Assembly: GCA_964016885.1 (NCBI GenBank)
Contig: OZ024741.1
Span: 181,164,001-181,228,000, forward strand
Length of the DNA stretch: 64,000 nucleotides
Reading direction: 5' to 3'
From: Eledone cirrhosa
Taxonomy: Eukaryota
This document shows positions 59,664 to 64,000 of this stretch, piece by piece (the first letter of the stretch is position 1; the number at the start of each line of letters is the position of its first letter). The position numbers were made by a program, and so were the translations under genes. The notes under the pieces are model-generated. The model had not been told where the DNA came from, did not search any database, and saw only the letters and a list, made by a program, of their open reading frames with translations.

Positions 59664-60550
59664 TCAGAATGTTTCATATTGAGTGCTCGGTTTATCAGGG
59701 ATGTCCTCTCTCATCTCGGCTGCATGTGCTGGATTTTGAGCCACTGCTGTAGAAGCTAGAGCTGTTGAGAGGTTTCCTTTCAAACTGAGATGCCGAAGAG
59801 CTGTGTCGGCGTACGCGGATGATGTCACCATGATGGTGTTGGACACCACGGAATATGAGGTGGTCGACAAGGCTCTAAAGAAATATGAGGAGGTGGCAAG
59901 AGCAAAAATCAATCCAGACAAGTCGGGGGGGGGGGGGGGGCTTGCAGCTCGACACCTGGAGAGGTGGCAAATACTTACATCGCCAGTTACCGTCTGACCA
60001 TCGTGCTTTGTCCCAGTCATTGTTGGATCAGATTGGAGCGTTTGCTCTTCCACTTCATGTGGAATGGTCATGTCTCGCTGGCCAGACGGTCCATCTGCTG
60101 TCAACACACGTTGCACGGGTTACTCTGTATGTCGTGGCTGTTGATGAGCAAATATGCGCTGAGGCTGTGGCATTTAAAGAGATTCCTGGAAGGTGAGCAG
60201 GTGTGGTTCCCTTTTATCAGACGCGCTTTTCTGCAGCTCATTTGTCCGACAGAGCTGCAGTTCTGAGCAAAGAAAAGACAAAGGTTGGGCACCTGGCAAG
60301 TATAATGCTGTTAGGTGTTTACCGCCCTCTACCAGTCGGGAATTGGGATCAGTGGAAGTTCCACATTTGCAATCTATAGAGGATTAATGGCGGGGATGTA
60401 TGACGACGTTCTCGGGGAAATGTTGGGTGTCGACGATAACGAACTGGTTGTTTGTTCCGGAGGACCTTTGGCCTCCCGCGGACTATGGATGATTTCCAGA
60501 AATATCTTGCCTGGCAACGCTCTCAGGGGTCATAGCGAGTTCGAGATAAT
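59664..60550 (+). pseudogene. L1/Tx1-like LINE RT remnant
   Basis: GCPLS..FEPLL, VSAYADDVT, YEEVARAKINPDKS, LERLLFHFMWNG with frameshifts and an internal deletion. Confidence 0.78.
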
Positions 60551-63160
60551 CTCTCTCTCTCTTTCTCCACAGACACACGCATATATATTAGTAATTTTGT
60601 ATGACTGGTGAATATGAAAGTCAAGGTTAAATTAGCTTTGATTTAAACTCGAAACAATGGGCTTGGAAACTACATATGGTAAAGACTCAGCTATATCTTG
60701 CAGGATAAGCATGTAAATATATTATTAAATATTTTATTTCTTATTTCCAATATTTGCTATTTAAAATGTGAAAGCGCGTGACTTAGTGGTTAGGCTGGTG
60801 AGCTCACGATCATATGGTCGTGAACCCGTTTTGCCGGTGACGAGTTGTATCCTTGTGCAAGGCACTTAATTTGCTGTTACTCCATTTAACTCAACTGAAA
60901 ATGTAATTCTCTAACTATTTAAAATAAACTAAGAGTTATATATTAATTGAAATTTCATGTTTAGTTGGAGAAAAAAATTTGTGCCAATTATTTGTGAGAA
61001 TGGGAAATGTTTTTTTTAAACTAAGAATCAAATTCCCAAAGATAATTTACATGTTTAAGAGAAAGAATCTTCGATCGGTTTTTGTAGGTAAGTGACAACA
61101 ATGATATGTTTCGGTCTATTGGATCTCATCAACATAGTATAGTCTAAGTATAGTATAATTTTCTATAATCATACCATAGTCGGCTAAAGCTAGCCTGATT
61201 AGTTGAAAAAGCAATGAAAATATAGATATGCATTATGCTTAGCTAGTATATTTTGCATAATTTAAATATAAATTGAGCAAATTGAAATCACTTAAAAGTG
61301 CCACTGACTTGACTTTTGGTAAATAAGTCGAGACGTGATACATTGAATGCTGTGTGGAAAAAGCATTTTTTTGTATTGGAATTTTTTATTTGTTAAAGTC
61401 TTGAAATTCTATAAATCTTTCTAATGCACTTTAATGAAGGAATTTAAATAACAAAAAGAATATTTGATACGAAAGTTTCGTTATTATTATCAATATTATC
61501 TTATTAGTGAATACAAAACTGACATTTTCAGTTATGTTTTATTATGTAAATTGTGGTTTTAAATTCTCTTGTACCACACCGGAGGCATAAACAACTGTGT
61601 ATTTCGTTCAATAACTTCGTTAACCTATTGTCAGATACTGAAAGGAGAAAACAAATATTTGTATGGCATTTCAGGTAAGAAGTATTTAGCGATTTAAGTC
61701 TGCAAGCAATTTAATCTCAAAAGCTTAAAATAGCGCTGTGAAACCACGTTGATCGTTAACCTTCGAAATTTATGTTATATCCCTGTAATAATTCACGAAT
61801 CCTAACACCTCTTAGAAACGCAGCTTTATTAGAAGAAGAAGAAGAAGAAGAAGAAGAAGAAGAAGAAGAAGAAGAAGAAGAAGAAGAAGAAGAAGAAGAA
61901 GAAGAAGAAGAAGAAAGGTATAACAAAATGATACTAAGCAAAACGATGACCGAAGCAATAACTCCATATGATATTTTAGAAAATTTCGATGAATTGCTAC
62001 AAAGAAAATATCAAAGGGAGAGAAATAAATCTCAAGTGTTAACAGTTAAATGAAGCGGAAGACTGTATGACAAGGATTATTTTCTTTCAGAAGCTTTCCT
62101 TTCCATAGTCCACGTTACGGTGTAAACCCCAAGAGGAAATGAACACGACAATACGACAAAATAAAAGATGAATGGACAACAGTATAAACAGTTTATTTCA
62201 GATAACTCCTCTTTTGTTGGTGTATGAAAGAAAGCGTGAATCTACAATTGCTCAAGAAATGTACACGTTTGAAGATGACTGCGGAAATATTTAGTAAAAG
62301 ACCATTTGAAATGAAACATTAAGAATTAAAATGAATAGACCACTGTTGGTTTTGATAACGAAAAGCCCAGTGGTTCGCTCAGAGGAACAGCATGCTTGTA
62401 AAATTAACGTACCCTTAATGTAATTCTATGGGAGACTCAATATAACACGTTGTGTAACAAAGCTGGCTTTTTCAATTACAGGCACATCAGTGAAGTTTCC
62501 ACACGGTTTCTGTTTACCCAGTTTCATTCAAAATGTTCGGGTTACACCGAGACTATAGTAAAAGACTCCCCAAGATGCCACACAGTGAGAGACCAAACCC
62601 AGAAAATTATTATTGTGAAGCTAACTATTTAGCCATGATACACCAGGCATTAAGAATAATAGAAGAATCAACTTCTGGACTGAATGGTGAAGTCTACGTT
62701 GACGTAGAGTTTAGAATAAACATTTTAAATATTCTTTAAAATATTTAAGAAGAATTAAACATTAAAAATTATTTTTCTTCAGCCTATTAGAGAGAATAAA
62801 GATAAGAGTTATCGGAAGAGGGAAACCATTGAAATATCAAATTATTTTAAACATGCAGCTTACAAGAAGTTCGATATACCGAATTATGAAGCATATTGTA
62901 TTACTTTTCTTAAAGTTAATATGAAATTCAAGATTTTAAATTAAATTAGTGTAGATAAAATAATAAATAGTAAAAACATAGTTAACGCTACACGATAACA
63001 ATTTGTGATTGATTCCAGCAGGCTAAATCTTTTCGTACTATCAATGTTATTTCAAATTTTGTAATGGCGGAGCACGTTTCGTATTTGTTTCCTCTTGAAT
63101 AACTGTTTGACAAAATAAATACGTAGCAAATGTTGCTTGGTGTACAGAATGGTGTTATTC

Positions 63161-63502
63161 TTTCATTCTTACGGGGGCGATAAAATAAAACAGCAGTGAT
63201 GTCCCGGGGTCGATTTAATCGATTTTCCCCTTTCAAATTGCTGGCCTTGTACCTAAAGTAGAAACAATTATTATATACATATTTTAAGGCAGGCGGGCTG
63301 GCAGAATCGTTGTAGTGTCCAATAAAATGGTTTGTAATATTTGTTCCGGTTCTATACAAAGTTTAAATCCTACTGAAGGTAACTTTAATTTTCATCATTG
63401 AGATGTCGATAAAATAAAATACCAGTCAAGTACTGGGGTGAATATAAATAACATCTCTCTTATTCCAAATTATTGGTCTTGTGTCTAAATTAGAAACCAT
63501 TA
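63161..63502 (+). mobile_element. Two degenerate tandem SINE copies
   Basis: Family tail AATTGCTGGCCTTGTACCTAAAGTAGAAAC followed by GGCGGGCTGGCAGAATCGTT head. Confidence 0.7.
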
Positions 63503-63966
63503 TATCAATGTTTTCCTTCCTTTTATTCACTAGAACAGAACAGAAAAAAGAAAAGGCAGAAAAAGAAGTTTTAACTCAAATCTTCTTAAATATTGTTATT
63601 TATTTCAAATTTGAATTTGAAACGGAAATCTTACAAAAATAAACTTGTAAGGGATGATTTATCCCGAAATGATCTTCTCGTTATATAGTACGAAGATGGA
63701 AATTAGGAAATTAATGTTGAAATGCAAAATGTGTAAACATTTAGTTAACTTACAAAGCATTGAGAAATTTGAGATTTGAAAATATAGTCGCCACAATGCA
63801 AACGGTTGACAGTCACTGATGCCTCTGTCCACCTTTTTCCGTCTCTAGGGGTACTTTATCCGATGTATTTAACTATTATATATATATATCAAATATTATA
63901 ATATTATATGCATTGTGACAACTATATTTTTTTATGTTTGCAACTGGTCTCTACGGCAACAGATAC

Positions 63967-64000
<34 letters not shown>

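Noticed and set aside
61635-61680. Possible 40-bp host exon (cag|...|gtaag) and donor-like GTAAGT at 61088
   Set aside because: No coding or homology support; such motifs arise by chance

Overview
AT-rich, microsatellite-dense eukaryotic DNA. The tRNA-derived SINE families and repeat landscape suggest a cephalopod (octopus-like) genome, which is an inference. No host protein-coding gene could be supported, and almost all listed ORFs are microsatellite translations. The window is a patchwork of transposon relics: a decayed autonomous Helitron (Rep/Pif1 helicase), a non-autonomous Helitron, an internally deleted Tc1/mariner, hAT MITEs, RTE, CR1 and Tx1-like LINE fragments, many SINEs, and numerous Penelope-like element (PLE) pieces carrying minimal hammerhead ribozyme (HHR) motifs. 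The standout is 21033-25668: about 9.7 near-identical 470-bp units, with an intact minimal type I hammerhead in nine of them. They form two oppositely oriented arms and are bounded by a 12-bp direct repeat (TATATCTACGTA). This fits a retrozyme-like multimeric RNA inserted in one recent, twin-primed retrotransposition event. A second recurring theme is short insertions in (TA)n tracts that end in perfect fold-back palindromes.
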